Source: an uncultured Gemmatimonadaceae bacterium (GTDB taxonomy: Bacteria > Gemmatimonadota > Gemmatimonadetes > Gemmatimonadales > Gemmatimonadaceae). From it: 64,000 bases of DNA. The stretch is taken from the NCBI GenBank assembly GCA_963761305.1, contig CAVXGK010000002.1:2880001-2944000 (forward strand), in the 5' to 3' direction. Positions 10,674 to 21,119 of the stretch are shown here, piece by piece (within the stretch, counting starts at the first letter, position 1; the number at the start of each line of letters is the position of its first letter). Both the position numbers and the translations under genes were made by a program. The notes beneath the pieces were generated by a model. That model saw only the letters and a list, made by a program, of their open reading frames with translations, was not told where the DNA came from and did not search any database.

Positions 10674-10873
10674 GAGCAGAGTTCCGCCCGGGTGGGGTGC
10701 GGTCGATATTGTATACACGGCATCTCGACGGACCGCAAGATCATTGCGTGACTCCCGATCCCACCGGGATGAATCATGCCACCTCGCCAAGCGTTCACGC
10801 CGGGGTCGTCGCTGTTGGTGCGCGGCGCTATTGTAAGTTCGACCGACTTGCGAACAGATTCGTCAACGCCGAC

Positions 10874-11764
10874 ATGTCTTCACCCGCCTCAATCCTCAGT
10901 CTGGTCGCATCCCTCGAGCTTCGCCTGGGAAATGGCTATGCCATCGAGGGCGAGGTCGCCAAGGGCGGTATGTCGCGGATCTACTCCGCCAGGCGATCGG
11001 ATACGCGAGATCGCATCGCCATCAAGGTGATGGTCGACCGTCTCAGCGGCGCGTCGGGACCGGAGCGGCTCGAGCTCGAGGAACGGTTTCTTCTGGAGAT
11101 GCAGGTGCTCCAGAAGCTCAACCACCCGCGCATTCCGGCGGTGCTCTCGTCGGGCGACGTCGGCGGCGCGCTGTACTACACCATGCCGTTCGTCGAGGGC
11201 GAATCGCTGCGCTCGCGACTCAAGCGCAAGGACGACATCTCCGTGCGCGATGCGCTGCTCTTCACGCGCGACGTCGCCGACGCGTTGGCGCACGTGCACG
11301 AGAACGGCATCATCCATCGCGACGTCAAGCCGGACAACCTGATGTTGTCGCCGACCGGCGTCTGGCTGCTCGACTTCGGCATCGCCAGAGCGCCGGCCTT
11401 CAACCAGGCCGACGCCGGTTTCGAAAAGCCCAGGTACATCATGGGCACGCCGGAGTACACGAGCCCGGAGCGTCTCACGGCCCGCGTCGTGGAGGACGCG
11501 CGATCGGATCTGTTTTCGCTCGGGTGCGTGTTCTACGAAATGCTCTCCGGGCGGCCGCCGTTTCCGCACGGCCTGCGCGACGCGATGAAGAAGCACGCGC
11601 CGACCTTGCCGATCGATCTCGCGCCGCTGCCACCGAATCTTCCCGACGAAGTGATCGGTCTGCTGCGCCGGTCGATCGCGTTGCATCCGTCCGATCGCTT
11701 CGTGAACGCGACCGCCATGCTCGCCGCCGCCGACAGCGCGGCCAAGCAGGTCGGCTTCGACTGA
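10874..11764 (+). CDS. Serine/threonine protein kinase (kinase domain only)
   Basis: [33 protein letters not shown] and DLFSLG motifs. Confidence 0.92.
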   Translation: MSSPASILSLVASLELRLGNGYAIEGEVAKGGMSRIYSARRSDTRDRIAIKVMVDRLSGASGPERLELEERFLLEMQVLQKLNHPRIPAVLSSGDVGGALYYTMPFVEGESLRSRLKRKDDISVRDALLFTRDVADALAHVHENGIIHRDVKPDNLMLSPTGVWLLDFGIARAPAFNQADAGFEKPRYIMGTPEYTSPERLTARVVEDARSDLFSLGCVFYEMLSGRPPFPHGLRDAMKKHAPTLPIDLAPLPPNLPDEVIGLLRRSIALHPSDRFVNATAMLAAADSAAKQVGFD

Positions 11765-11787
11765 TTTCCGTTCGAGGATCGTCAACG

Positions 11788-12324
11788 ATGAACGAATCCA
11801 ACTTCACCCGGCGCGATTTCGTGGCGGCGATCGTCACGCTCCCCGCGCTGGCCGCGTTGCGCAGCCGCGCCACCGACGAGGTCGAGATCGTCGAGTTCAC
11901 CGACGCCGGCGTGCGCCAAGGGAAGGTTCACGTGGCGAAAGTCGTGAAATCAGACGGCGAGTGGCGGAGCCAACTGTCGCCGATCTCGTACCAGATCACC
12001 CGCCAGCACGGCACCGAGCGCGCGTTCACCGGACCATATTGGGATCTGCACGACCACGGGATCTTCCGCTGCGTCTGCTGCGGCAACGCGTTGTTCGCGT
12101 CGGCGGCGAAATTCGATTCCGGCACCGGATGGCCGAGCTTCTGGCAACCGATCGCCGAGGAGAACGTGCACCACGGCACGCCGAGCCACGGCTACACCGA
12201 AAGCGAAGTCACTTGCCGGCGCTGCGACGCGCACCTCGGTGATCTCTTCGACGACGGGCCGAAACCGACGGGGCTTCGATATTGCATCGACTCCGTGGCA
12301 CTGCGCTTCGTGAAGTTCGCCTGA
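11788..12324 (+). CDS. msrB: Peptide-methionine (R)-S-oxide reductase MsrB with Tat-type signal
   Basis: [45 protein letters not shown]-terminal TRRDF. Confidence 0.93.
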   Translation: MNESNFTRRDFVAAIVTLPALAALRSRATDEVEIVEFTDAGVRQGKVHVAKVVKSDGEWRSQLSPISYQITRQHGTERAFTGPYWDLHDHGIFRCVCCGNALFASAAKFDSGTGWPSFWQPIAEENVHHGTPSHGYTESEVTCRRCDAHLGDLFDDGPKPTGLRYCIDSVALRFVKFA

Positions 12325-12382
12325 ATCGCGCCGACGGGCCGGAGGGGCGATCGCCGGCGCGTGGATTGGGAGTGGTGGCGCG

Positions 12383-12988
12383 ATGAACTTCTTGCGACGG
12401 TTGCGCGATGCGCTCGGCGAGACTCGGGCTCCGGCGAATTCGTCCGGTGGCGAGGCCTACGCCATTCGGGGCTTCACCGTTTTCGTCGACAACACGCGCC
12501 CCGACATCGAGACGCGAGCGGTGCTCGAACGATTCGACGAGGCGTTGGCGTTGATCGAGCGGGCGCAGCCGTGGCGGCTCGCCCACATGCGACGCGACCT
12601 CTCGCGGTTTCTCATCATCCGGTATCCGTGTCGCGGCGCGTTCTTCCCGCACACGCGGGAGTGCATGACGGAGCTCACGTTCCTCGCCCGGCGCGACATC
12701 TCGGCGGCGCCAGTCGCGGCGTCGATTCTCCACGAGGGAATTCACGCGCGCGTCCACGGGATGGGTGTGCGGCCGGAGTCGAAGGATCCGGCGCGCGAAG
12801 AGCGCATCTGCCGGCAGGCCGAGCTCGAGTTCGGGCTGGGGCTGCCGCCGCAGTTGGGAGCGCCCGTCGTCGAACGCGCGAAGCTCAGCCTCGAGCTGGC
12901 CGACGAAGAGGTGGCGCCGGCCGTGGATTGGAACGTGGCGATGGAACGACAAGCGGCGATCGATCGCGCCGCCGCGCGACCCGATTGA
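12383..12988 (+). CDS. Hypothetical protein with HExxH motif (putative zinc metallopeptidase)
   Basis: ILHEGIHAR followed by EE; in the same-strand gene run. Confidence 0.55.
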   Translation: MNFLRRLRDALGETRAPANSSGGEAYAIRGFTVFVDNTRPDIETRAVLERFDEALALIERAQPWRLAHMRRDLSRFLIIRYPCRGAFFPHTRECMTELTFLARRDISAAPVAASILHEGIHARVHGMGVRPESKDPAREERICRQAELEFGLGLPPQLGAPVVERAKLSLELADEEVAPAVDWNVAMERQAAIDRAAARPD

Positions 12989-13044
12989 GAGATCTCTCCA
13001 GCGGTCGTGCTCGCTGGACAACCGGATGAGGCCGAGGCAAGCTT

Positions 13045-15735
13045 GTGGGTCCACCCAGGCCTGCTGTGTCCGCGTCGTCCTCTGATTCGAGTGCCCCCAC
13101 GGGCCCTGCTGCGTCGCCGGATCTCGTCGAGGCGCTGCGCGACCGCTACGAGATCGTGCGCGAAGCCGGACGGGGCGCGTCGGCGATCGTGTATTTCGCG
13201 CGCGACCTGAGACACCATCGCGCCGTCGCGCTCAAAGCGCTGAACCCCGACGTGAGCGCCGTCGCCGGGGAGCGTTTTCTCCGCGAGATCGAAGTGTCGG
13301 CGGGCATGCAGCATCCGCACATCCTGCCGACGTACGATTCCGGAATCGCGGTCGGACGGCTGTACTTCGTCATGCCGTTCGTCGAGGGCGGATCGCTGCG
13401 GCAGCGGCTCGACAAGGAGCCGAAGCTTCCGCTGGAGGAGGCGCTTCGCTACGCGCACGAAGTCGCGGTCGCCATCGCGTTCGCGCACGACCGCGGGATC
13501 GTGCATCGGGACGTCAAGCCGGAGAACATTCTCTTCTATCACGACCACGCGTGCCTCGCCGACTTCGGGTTGGCGCGCGCGATGGAGGAGATCGACGTTC
13601 GCGTCACCGCGCACGGCATGGTGGTGGGCACACCGGCCTACATGAGTCCCGAGCAGCTCAGCGACGGCGAGTTCGACGGCCGCAGCGACGTGTACTCGTT
13701 GGCCTGCGTGTTGTACGAGATGCTCGCCGGGAAGCACGCGTTTTCGGGAACCACGCCAAGGGAATTGCTTCGCCAGCGGCTGCGCGAACCACCCGCTCCG
13801 ATCCGCGACCTGCGCTCGGACGTGCCGGCATCGGTGGACGCGCTCCTGCAGCGCGCGTTGGCGCGCTCACGCGACGACCGTTTCCAGAATGCTCATGAGC
13901 TGGCCGCGGCGATCGAGGACGCGCGCTTCGAGATCTCGACCGGACGGGCGGCGACGCGAAAGCGCGTGCGTGCGCTGCGTCCGCTGCGGCGTCCGTTGAT
14001 CTGGGCCGGCGCGACGGTTCTCGCGCTGGCCCTCACCGCGCTCATGACGCCGCCGATTCGAACGGCCGTGGCGAACAACCGTGCCGAGGCGAGCGCGCGC
14101 TCGGCCGCCGTGGCGCAGGTGCGTGCGGCGGAGCAGCTCCAACTCACGCATCGCGTCGGCACGCAGGATTTTGGCATGGCCGTGTCGCGCCTCGTTCGCG
14201 CGCGTTCGCGCTTGCGAGGGCGAGATTCAGTCTACGCCGAAGGATTGATCGCGCTCGGGAACGGCGCGTACCAAACCGCCTGCGGGGCATTCGAGCGAAT
14301 GCGCGCGTCCGACTCGCTCGACGCGATGGCGTGGTACGCGCTCGGCGACTGCCAGGCGCTCGACTCGGCGGTGGTGCGCGACGCGAAGAGCGCCTCGGGA
14401 TGGCGATTCCGCACGAGCTGGTCGGCGGCCGCGCGCGACTACATCCGTGCCGCTACGCTGTCACAACCGTCGAATCGCGCGCTGACTTACGTGATGCTCG
14501 CCAGTCTGCTGCCGATCTCTCCGGTCCAGATGCGGCTCGGGCGTTCCGTCGAAGGCACTCCCCAGATCTTCGCGGCGCATCCGTCGTCCGAGGGCGACTC
14601 GGTCGCGTTCGTACCGTTCCCGCTCGCCGACATCGTGGCGGCGAAATCGGCCGCGATCTCACCGTCCCTTCCGGAGGCGTTGCGACTCAATCGCGACCTG
14701 TTCGTGAACGCCGCGCGCCGCTGGAGCGCCGCGTTTCCCGACAATCCGGATGCGTTCGAGGCGTTGGCCGCGGGACTCGAGGCGCGTGGGGAGATCGGCG
14801 CGGGCGACGACGGCGCCGGCGGCGCACTGCGGAAGGCGCGTTCGCTCGCGCAGGCCCCGGACGCGCGCGTGCGACTCGCGACCAGCGAGGTCCGGCTGCG
14901 CATCAAACGAGGAGAGCTCGAGTCGGCGATAGGCCTCGCCGACTCGCTGCTCACCGCGAGTCCCTCAGCCGCTCCGCCGTCCCGGGATCAGGCGGCGAGG
15001 CTCGTCGGACTCGCCGCGCTGACCGGCCGCGTTGCGCGACAGAGCGAATTGAGCACGATCGCGTTCGCATCGCGCAACGCCGATGGGGGAATCGCACCGC
15101 AACTCACGGCGCCGGCGAGTCGGTTGTTCGCGCGCGCCGCCTCGGGCATCTGCGACGATTCGCTGCTCGTGTTGCGCCGGGACCTCGAGACCGCTCTCGA
15201 GAGTTACAGCCAACCGATTCGCCGCACGCAGTTCATTCGGACGTTGATCACGCGACCGATGTCGCTCGCGTATCCGTGCTTCGGCGCCAAGGCGTTCGAC
15301 GGTTTGCCGCCGTACGTGTCGCTCGACATCGCGGAGCGTGCCGCCTTGCGCGGCGACCGCCGCCGCGCCGCCGGGACCCTCGACTCGCTCGAAGCCGTGC
15401 GCCGCGTCTCTCTTCCCGGGGAGATTCCGCTCGACGCCGTGGTTCAGGAAGCGAGAGTGCGAGCGTCGATCGGCGACACGGCGAGCGCGATCCGGCAGCT
15501 CGACCGCGTACTCCGTGCTCTGCCGACGCTGTCGCCGTTCGCGATTCGCGAGGAGGCGCAGGCCGCGGCCTTCGGCCGCGCGTTTCTGCTGCGCGCCGAG
15601 TTGGCGCGTGCGACCGGAGACGCCGCCGAGCAGCAGTTCAGAGCGCGCCAGGCGCTGGTCGTGTGGCAGCACGCCGACGCCTCGTTCGCGCCGACGATCG
15701 AGCGCTTGCGCGTCCTCGCCTCTGGGGTGCGATAA
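13045..15735 (+). CDS. Membrane Ser/Thr protein kinase with C-terminal TPR-like helical region
   Basis: VALK, HRDVKPEN, DFG, GTPAYMSPE, DVYSL; one TM segment at about aa 317-335; Ala/Leu-rich helical C-terminus. Confidence 0.9.
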   Translation: MGPPRPAVSASSSDSSAPTGPAASPDLVEALRDRYEIVREAGRGASAIVYFARDLRHHRAVALKALNPDVSAVAGERFLREIEVSAGMQHPHILPTYDSGIAVGRLYFVMPFVEGGSLRQRLDKEPKLPLEEALRYAHEVAVAIAFAHDRGIVHRDVKPENILFYHDHACLADFGLARAMEEIDVRVTAHGMVVGTPAYMSPEQLSDGEFDGRSDVYSLACVLYEMLAGKHAFSGTTPRELLRQRLREPPAPIRDLRSDVPASVDALLQRALARSRDDRFQNAHELAAAIEDARFEISTGRAATRKRVRALRPLRRPLIWAGATVLALALTALMTPPIRTAVANNRAEASARSAAVAQVRAAEQLQLTHRVGTQDFGMAVSRLVRARSRLRGRDSVYAEGLIALGNGAYQTACGAFERMRASDSLDAMAWYALGDCQALDSAVVRDAKSASGWRFRTSWSAAARDYIRAATLSQPSNRALTYVMLASLLPISPVQMRLGRSVEGTPQIFAAHPSSEGDSVAFVPFPLADIVAAKSAAISPSLPEALRLNRDLFVNAARRWSAAFPDNPDAFEALAAGLEARGEIGAGDDGAGGALRKARSLAQAPDARVRLATSEVRLRIKRGELESAIGLADSLLTASPSAAPPSRDQAARLVGLAALTGRVARQSELSTIAFASRNADGGIAPQLTAPASRLFARAASGICDDSLLVLRRDLETALESYSQPIRRTQFIRTLITRPMSLAYPCFGAKAFDGLPPYVSLDIAERAALRGDRRRAAGTLDSLEAVRRVSLPGEIPLDAVVQEARVRASIGDTASAIRQLDRVLRALPTLSPFAIREEAQAAAFGRAFLLRAELARATGDAAEQQFRARQALVVWQHADASFAPTIERLRVLASGVR

Positions 15736-15852
15736 TTCGCAGAAGCGGACGCGGCGGCCCGCGTCCGAATTTCGTCGGGCATTCACATCCGAGAGCCGGG
15801 ACATCGCCTATTGCGCGGCGTCGCGGCGCCGAACCTTCACGCAGGAGAACGA

Positions 15853-16599
15853 GTGACGCTGCGATCCACGTGGATGGGCTCGCGGGCAATAGCAGCCGGA
15901 CTTGTGGTCTTTGTTGTCGTCGCGTGCAGCGGAAGCGAGAAATCGCCGAAGGCGGGATCGAGCGCCGCGGCGGCGCCGCCTGCCGCCGCGGTCGCGTCGC
16001 TGCCCGGCGCGCTCGCGAAGCCCATCGGCCAATACAGCGGGGACGAGTTCTACGCGCTCACTCGTCAATTGCAGTTCGGCGGCGGCGGCGAACATCAGCG
16101 GCCGTGCCGCGGGCGGGCCGGATGCCGCGGCGCCAACGCGCGTGAATTCACGCGCATCCAGGTGGACGGCGTCGCCGGCGACGACTCGCTCAGCGCGACG
16201 AACCTCCCGGCAAACGGCGCGATCGCCGTCCGCGCGTTGAACCACGGCCGGTTCGCGGACTCGTTGTACAACATGCGTCCGGGCGCCGCGTATGAGAATT
16301 ATCTCATCGTCCTGCCGACGCCGAACAGCGCCAGCGCGTCGTGGGTGCTCGAAGAGCTCACGACGACCGACGGCTCCCGCACGCACCAGACGATCGCCAA
16401 GGGCACGCTGCGCGAATGCACGGGCCCCGGCCATTCGTTCCAACGCGGACCGCGAGCGGACTTCAAGACGTGCGAACAGGCCGCCCAAGTGCGGCCGGCA
16501 TCATTCGGGTCGATGCTTCAGGGCGACATCGGTCCGCCGATCTGGTTCGGCTGTGCGTTCGGCTGCTGCACGGCCGATCCGCCGGGCCTCCGCGGGTGA
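15853..16599 (+). CDS. Cys-rich hypothetical lipoprotein
   Basis: AGGAG RBS with GTG start; lipobox VVAC; C-terminal WFGCAFGCC. Confidence 0.65.
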   Translation: MTLRSTWMGSRAIAAGLVVFVVVACSGSEKSPKAGSSAAAAPPAAAVASLPGALAKPIGQYSGDEFYALTRQLQFGGGGEHQRPCRGRAGCRGANAREFTRIQVDGVAGDDSLSATNLPANGAIAVRALNHGRFADSLYNMRPGAAYENYLIVLPTPNSASASWVLEELTTTDGSRTHQTIAKGTLRECTGPGHSFQRGPRADFKTCEQAAQVRPASFGSMLQGDIGPPIWFGCAFGCCTADPPGLRG

Positions 16600-16603
16600 C
16601 GCG

Positions 16604-17125
16604 ATGATCGAGCTGCGATCGCGCGAGTGCGTCGTTCGGACGTTTCGGCCCGAGGACGCGGCGAGCCTGGCGCGCCACGGCAACAACCGGCGCATCTGGG
16701 AGAACTTGCGCGATCGCTTCCCGCATCCGTACACCGAGGCACATGCCTCCGGCTACATCGCGCACTTGTTGAGCAGCCACGACGACGAGCCGAGCTTCGC
16801 CATCGAAGTCGATGGTGAAGCGGTTGGCGGCATCAGCCTCCAGCCGGGCATCGACGTCGAGCGCGTCAGCGCCGAGATCGGCTACTGGCTCGGCGAGTCG
16901 GTGTGGGGACGCGGCGTTGCGACGTCGGCGATCCGTCTGGTGACCGACTACGGGTTCACTCGGCGCCGGCTCGAGCGCGTATTCGCCGTTCCGTTCGTGA
17001 CGAACGTCGCGTCATGCCGGGTCCTCGAGAAGGCGGGATACCAACGCGAAGGGACGATGCGGCGCAGCGCGATCAAGGACGGCCGCATCATGGACCAGCA
17101 TCTGTACGCGAAGACGCGAAACTGA
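16604..17125 (+). CDS. GNAT (RimJ/RimL-type) N-acetyltransferase
   Basis: LRDRFPHPYT, AEIGYWLG..WGRG and N.AS.RVLEKAG...EG motifs. Confidence 0.9.
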   Translation: MIELRSRECVVRTFRPEDAASLARHGNNRRIWENLRDRFPHPYTEAHASGYIAHLLSSHDDEPSFAIEVDGEAVGGISLQPGIDVERVSAEIGYWLGESVWGRGVATSAIRLVTDYGFTRRRLERVFAVPFVTNVASCRVLEKAGYQREGTMRRSAIKDGRIMDQHLYAKTRN

Positions 17126-17145
17126 TGGGAGACGCGAAGCGCTAC

Positions 17146-17736
17146 ATGAAAATCGCGAGTGTAGTGGTCCTGACCTGCGCCGTGATCGCGGGCTGTTCGG
17201 GCGACGAGACGCGCGGTGACTCGCACGAAGCCGGAGCGAGCGCCGCGGGGACCGTGATGAGCGCGGCCGAGTTCAGCTCGGCCACGAAGTACCTGGGGAT
17301 TCGCTACGACTCGCTGCCGCCGGCGTTCACGTTCGTGGCGGGCGCGTTGCTGCCCGGATCGTCTGGCGCGGGCGCAGCCGGGTTCGACCTCGATCTGGTG
17401 CGCACGCCTCGCGGCAACATGCTTTGGTTGGATTCGATCGTCGCCGTGTCTCCGCGCGGACGTCCGAGCCTCGTGGTGCGCGCCGAGCTCAAGGTGCCGC
17501 CGCTCGCCGCGGACGAACGGCTCATGATGTCGACGTGCGACGTGGATGGACACGTGGATCCACGTGTCGTGGCGATCGTGGTCATCGGGCCGGGTGTCGC
17601 GCAGTTCCCGCCCGTGCGCCAAGCGTGGCGAGCCAATGCGACGACTGGGGTGTTCGACGTGATCCCTGTCACAGGAGTCGCTTGCGGCCAAACGGAATCG
17701 TCAGCGACGACGACCGATAGTCGCGTCGTTCCTTGA
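17146..17736 (+). CDS. Hypothetical lipoprotein
   Basis: MKIASVVVLTCAVIAGC lipobox; an alternative ATG at 17125 overlaps the GNAT stop. Confidence 0.6.
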   Translation: MKIASVVVLTCAVIAGCSGDETRGDSHEAGASAAGTVMSAAEFSSATKYLGIRYDSLPPAFTFVAGALLPGSSGAGAAGFDLDLVRTPRGNMLWLDSIVAVSPRGRPSLVVRAELKVPPLAADERLMMSTCDVDGHVDPRVVAIVVIGPGVAQFPPVRQAWRANATTGVFDVIPVTGVACGQTESSATTTDSRVVP

Positions 17737-17762
17737 CAACCCCGCCATTCACGTATTAGAAT
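17733..17762 (+). promoter_or_regulatory. Sigma70-type promoter
   Basis: TTGACA (17733-38), 18 nt, TAGAAT (17757-62): near-consensus and conspicuous in high-GC DNA. Confidence 0.65.
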
Positions 17763-17770
17763 GGCTTTAC

Positions 17771-17880
17771 AGGGAGTCGCGTCCCGATGGTAGTTCGTCG
17801 TTCCTCATGCCTCGGCGTGGAGCGGCCTGATCGATGCCAAGTGCATCGACCTGAACATCGGCGGCGCGACTTTTCGTTTT
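17771..17880 (+). ncRNA. Candidate structured leader RNA (three-way junction), family unknown
   Basis: Closing stem AGTCGCGTCCCGATG/CATCGGCGGCGCGACT encloses two hairpins and is followed by TTTTCGTTTT. Confidence 0.4.
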
Positions 17881-17909
17881 CCGGCAGTTCGACTCACACT
17901 TTCGACTCG

Positions 17910-18098
17910 ATGATTCGATCCGCGACTCATGTCCTCGCCGTCACGCGCCAGCCGGCCTTTGCCGTCTCGGCCGACAGCTGGCGCGCGCCGGTGAGCGTCG
18001 TGGGCAGTCAGGCGCAAATCGACGATCGGAGTTCCATGCTCGAATCGCAGCGAAGCACAACTGACGCAGGCAGTTGGACCGGAGCACCGGCGCGATAG
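17910..18098 (+). CDS. Small 62-aa ORF (MIRSATHVLAV...SWTGAPAR), possible leader or small peptide
   Basis: Lies between the promoter/leader and a strong terminator; no clear RBS. Confidence 0.4.
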   Translation: MIRSATHVLAVTRQPAFAVSADSWRAPVSVVGSQAQIDDRSSMLESQRSTTDAGSWTGAPAR

Positions 18099-18120
18099 CG
18101 CACTCCGAGCCGACACGGGC

Positions 18121-18170
18121 AAACCACCGCCCCGCCTGCGCAGAGCGCGCGGCGGGGCGGTTTTGTTTTT
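18121..18170 (+). terminator. Rho-independent terminator
   Basis: ACCGCCCCGCC...GGCGGGGCGGT stem followed by TTTGTTTTT. Confidence 0.85.
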
Positions 18171-18590
18171 GGGGAGGGGGTTGGAAAACTCTTCACGGGG
18201 AGGAACGTCCTGATGGGAACAATGCAACGAATGGCCGACCAGGCATGACGCTCGGATAGCTGGACACGCGACTCCCCTATCCGGTACGCGTCCGCTGCCT
18301 GGCCGAGCCTTCGTTTAACAGGTGAAGAAAAGTCCGATGACCGGCGCGTATGGGCCTTAGCCGCGCGCCGTCCGGGTCGAGCTCGTGAAATACAAGGAGC
18401 ACGGCGCCGCCGCACGATCATCCCATGGGCCGAAAGCCGGGACCGTGCGGGCCAACGTCGCCGCGTAGTGGGTGTGAGTCCCGCCGGCCCGGTCTGGCTG
18501 TGTCGCCCGTCGCAACCCGCGGCGGGCGCGCTCCGTATTGCGTTCGGATGCACAGCGTTCGACACGCCACCAGGGCCACGGACGGATTCC

Positions 18591-18887
18591 ATGTTCAACG
18601 ACCACGACCTTCTCGAGTTCCTGCTCGTCGCGGCGCCCGGCTTGCTTGCCACGACAGTGCTGTTCGCTGTCTTGTGGGTCCGCGCGCGTGAACGCGCACT
18701 GCGTTCGCAGGTGTCTCAGCGCCGCCCCGACGCACTGAGTGAAGAGCTCACGCATGTCGTTCACGCGGTGGACGCGATCGCCATCGAAGTCGAGCGGATC
18801 TCCGAGGCCCAGCGCTTCACCGCGTTGGCGCTGGCGGAGCGCGCCGGGGCGAAACGGGTCGGCGAACGGGTCATCACGCCGCACTGA
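18591..18887 (+). CDS. Small membrane-anchored coiled-coil hypothetical protein
   Basis: One TM helix then AVDAIAIEVERISEAQRF helix, ending ITPH. Confidence 0.7.
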   Translation: MFNDHDLLEFLLVAAPGLLATTVLFAVLWVRARERALRSQVSQRRPDALSEELTHVVHAVDAIAIEVERISEAQRFTALALAERAGAKRVGERVITPH

Positions 18888-19020
18888 CGCGCCGACGAGG
18901 GTGAAGGGGGAAACGATCCCGGCGCGGGCGGAGTTCGTTCGTGGACAGCGTCCGAGGCGCGTCGTACGTTGATGCCAGTGGGCGACAGTCGACCCTCTAC
19001 CCCTCTCCCCCGATAGAGCC

Positions 19021-19509
19021 ATGAATCGCAGCTTTTTCATTCGACCGACGCTGTTCATCGTGGCCGCGGCAGTGATTGCGGCGTGCAGTTCAGGCGGCGG
19101 GACCACTACGACGACGTCGGCTCCGACACCGTCCGCGGCGCCGAGTTCACGTCCCGCGACGACAGCCGCCGCGGCTCCGGCAGCAGCCGCTTCCGCCGTG
19201 ACGCCGGCGATGATCACGCTCGGAGACTCGATCTTCCATGCCGCGAGCTGCCAGCGCTGCCATGGCGCGGACGCAAAGGGCGCCCGGAACGGGCCGAGCC
19301 TCCTCGGGCCGACGTTCCTGCACATCAAGGGCACTGGGACATACAGCGACTTCCTGAACGTCATCATGAGCGGCGTACCGGCTGACTCGATCAAGGACAA
19401 GTCGCACCAGATCGTGATGCGGCCGCGTGGTGGCGGCCAGACCCCCCTCACCGACGATCAGGTCAAAGCGGTCGCCGCGTACGTCTATTCCCTGAGCCAC
19501 AAGTCGTGA
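19021..19509 (+). CDS. Monoheme cytochrome c lipoprotein
   Basis: Lipobox IAAC, Ala/Thr/Pro linker, CQRCH, GPSL, distal Met (MRPRGG), LTDDQVKAVAAYV. Confidence 0.9.
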   Translation: MNRSFFIRPTLFIVAAAVIAACSSGGGTTTTTSAPTPSAAPSSRPATTAAAAPAAAASAVTPAMITLGDSIFHAASCQRCHGADAKGARNGPSLLGPTFLHIKGTGTYSDFLNVIMSGVPADSIKDKSHQIVMRPRGGGQTPLTDDQVKAVAAYVYSLSHKS

Positions 19510-19513
19510 TGCC

Positions 19514-20275
<762 letters not shown>

Positions 20276-20311
20276 GCGTGGCGGCCTGGCCTCTATCGGG
20301 GCGGCCTGCTG

Positions 20312-20595
20312 AACTGCTTTGACGCAGAGGCGCGGAGAACTGCCGCAGAGGGACACTCGAGGCTCCGTCGCGCGACGAGCCGGGATTTTTGGGGGAACAG
20401 CCGCCCGGGAAGCTTCCGACGCCGTGGAGGCTTCGCCGCGGATCGATGGTTCCCGAGCGGCTTTAACAAAAACATCCCGGCTCGTCGCGCGACGGAGCCT
20501 GTCCTCCGCGGCTGCTCTCTGCGTCTCTGCCTCCTCTGCGTCTCTGCGTCAAGCAGTTGCAGTTTCAGAGGTAAGCGTTAAGCAGTTGCAGCTTC
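20312..20595. repeat. Nested palindromic (MITE/REP-like) element, copy A
   Basis: Perfect 27-bp inverted repeat 20360-20386/20474-20500; outer GACGCAGAG/CTCTGCGTC arms; 22 nt identical to copy B. Confidence 0.8.
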
Positions 20596-20618
20596 AGCGC
20601 TCGAACGCCAGCAGATCG

Positions 20619-21056
20619 CTAGACCGCGCAGTAGCGATTGAACGCGTTCACCAGATCGTGCGCGATCTCCTCGGCGTGGCGGCCTTCGATCTGCCAGCGC
20701 TCGAGCATGAACACCAGATCGCCGTCCTTGAACAGCGCGATCTGCGGCGAGCTCGGCGCATAGCCGGTGAAATACTCGCGCGCGCGATTCGTGGCGTCGG
20801 CGTCCTGCCCGGCGAACACCGTGGTCAGCTTGCTCGGCTTGATCGGGTTCTCGAGCGCGATCGCGACGGCGGGGCGCGCCATGCGTGCCGAGCAGCCGCA
20901 CACCGAGTTCACGACGACCAGCGTCGTGCCGTCGGCGTTCTGGAGCTCGCGGTCGACGTCTTCGACCGTTCGCAGTTCCTGCACCCCGAGGCGGGTGAGG
21001 TCCTGGCGCATCGGGGTCACGAGCCGTTCGTCGTACATCTGTTGAGGAAGCCGCAT
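20619..21056 (-). CDS. BrxA/BrxB family bacilliredoxin (YphP/YqiW-like)
   Basis: VNSVCGCSA..ARP, TVFAGQD..AT and PSSP..ALFKDG motifs. Confidence 0.9.
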   Translation of the reverse strand: MRLPQQMYDERLVTPMRQDLTRLGVQELRTVEDVDRELQNADGTTLVVVNSVCGCSARMARPAVAIALENPIKPSKLTTVFAGQDADATNRAREYFTGYAPSSPQIALFKDGDLVFMLERWQIEGRHAEEIAHDLVNAFNRYCAV

Positions 21057-21119
21057 ATGGGTCACTGAGGAAGATTCACATGGTTGACAGTCGAGCGATC
21101 ACGGGGTCACGCCACGAGG

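Noticed and set aside
17826..17855. CCTGATC resembling a TPP riboswitch or hammerhead core
   Set aside because: No CTGAGA or GCGTAGGGA elements, and no CTGATGA...GAAA core.
18113..18130. GGGCAAACC resembling a c-di-GMP-I riboswitch
   Set aside because: The GAAA loop and GGGACGCAAAGC segment are absent; the sequence runs into a terminator stem.
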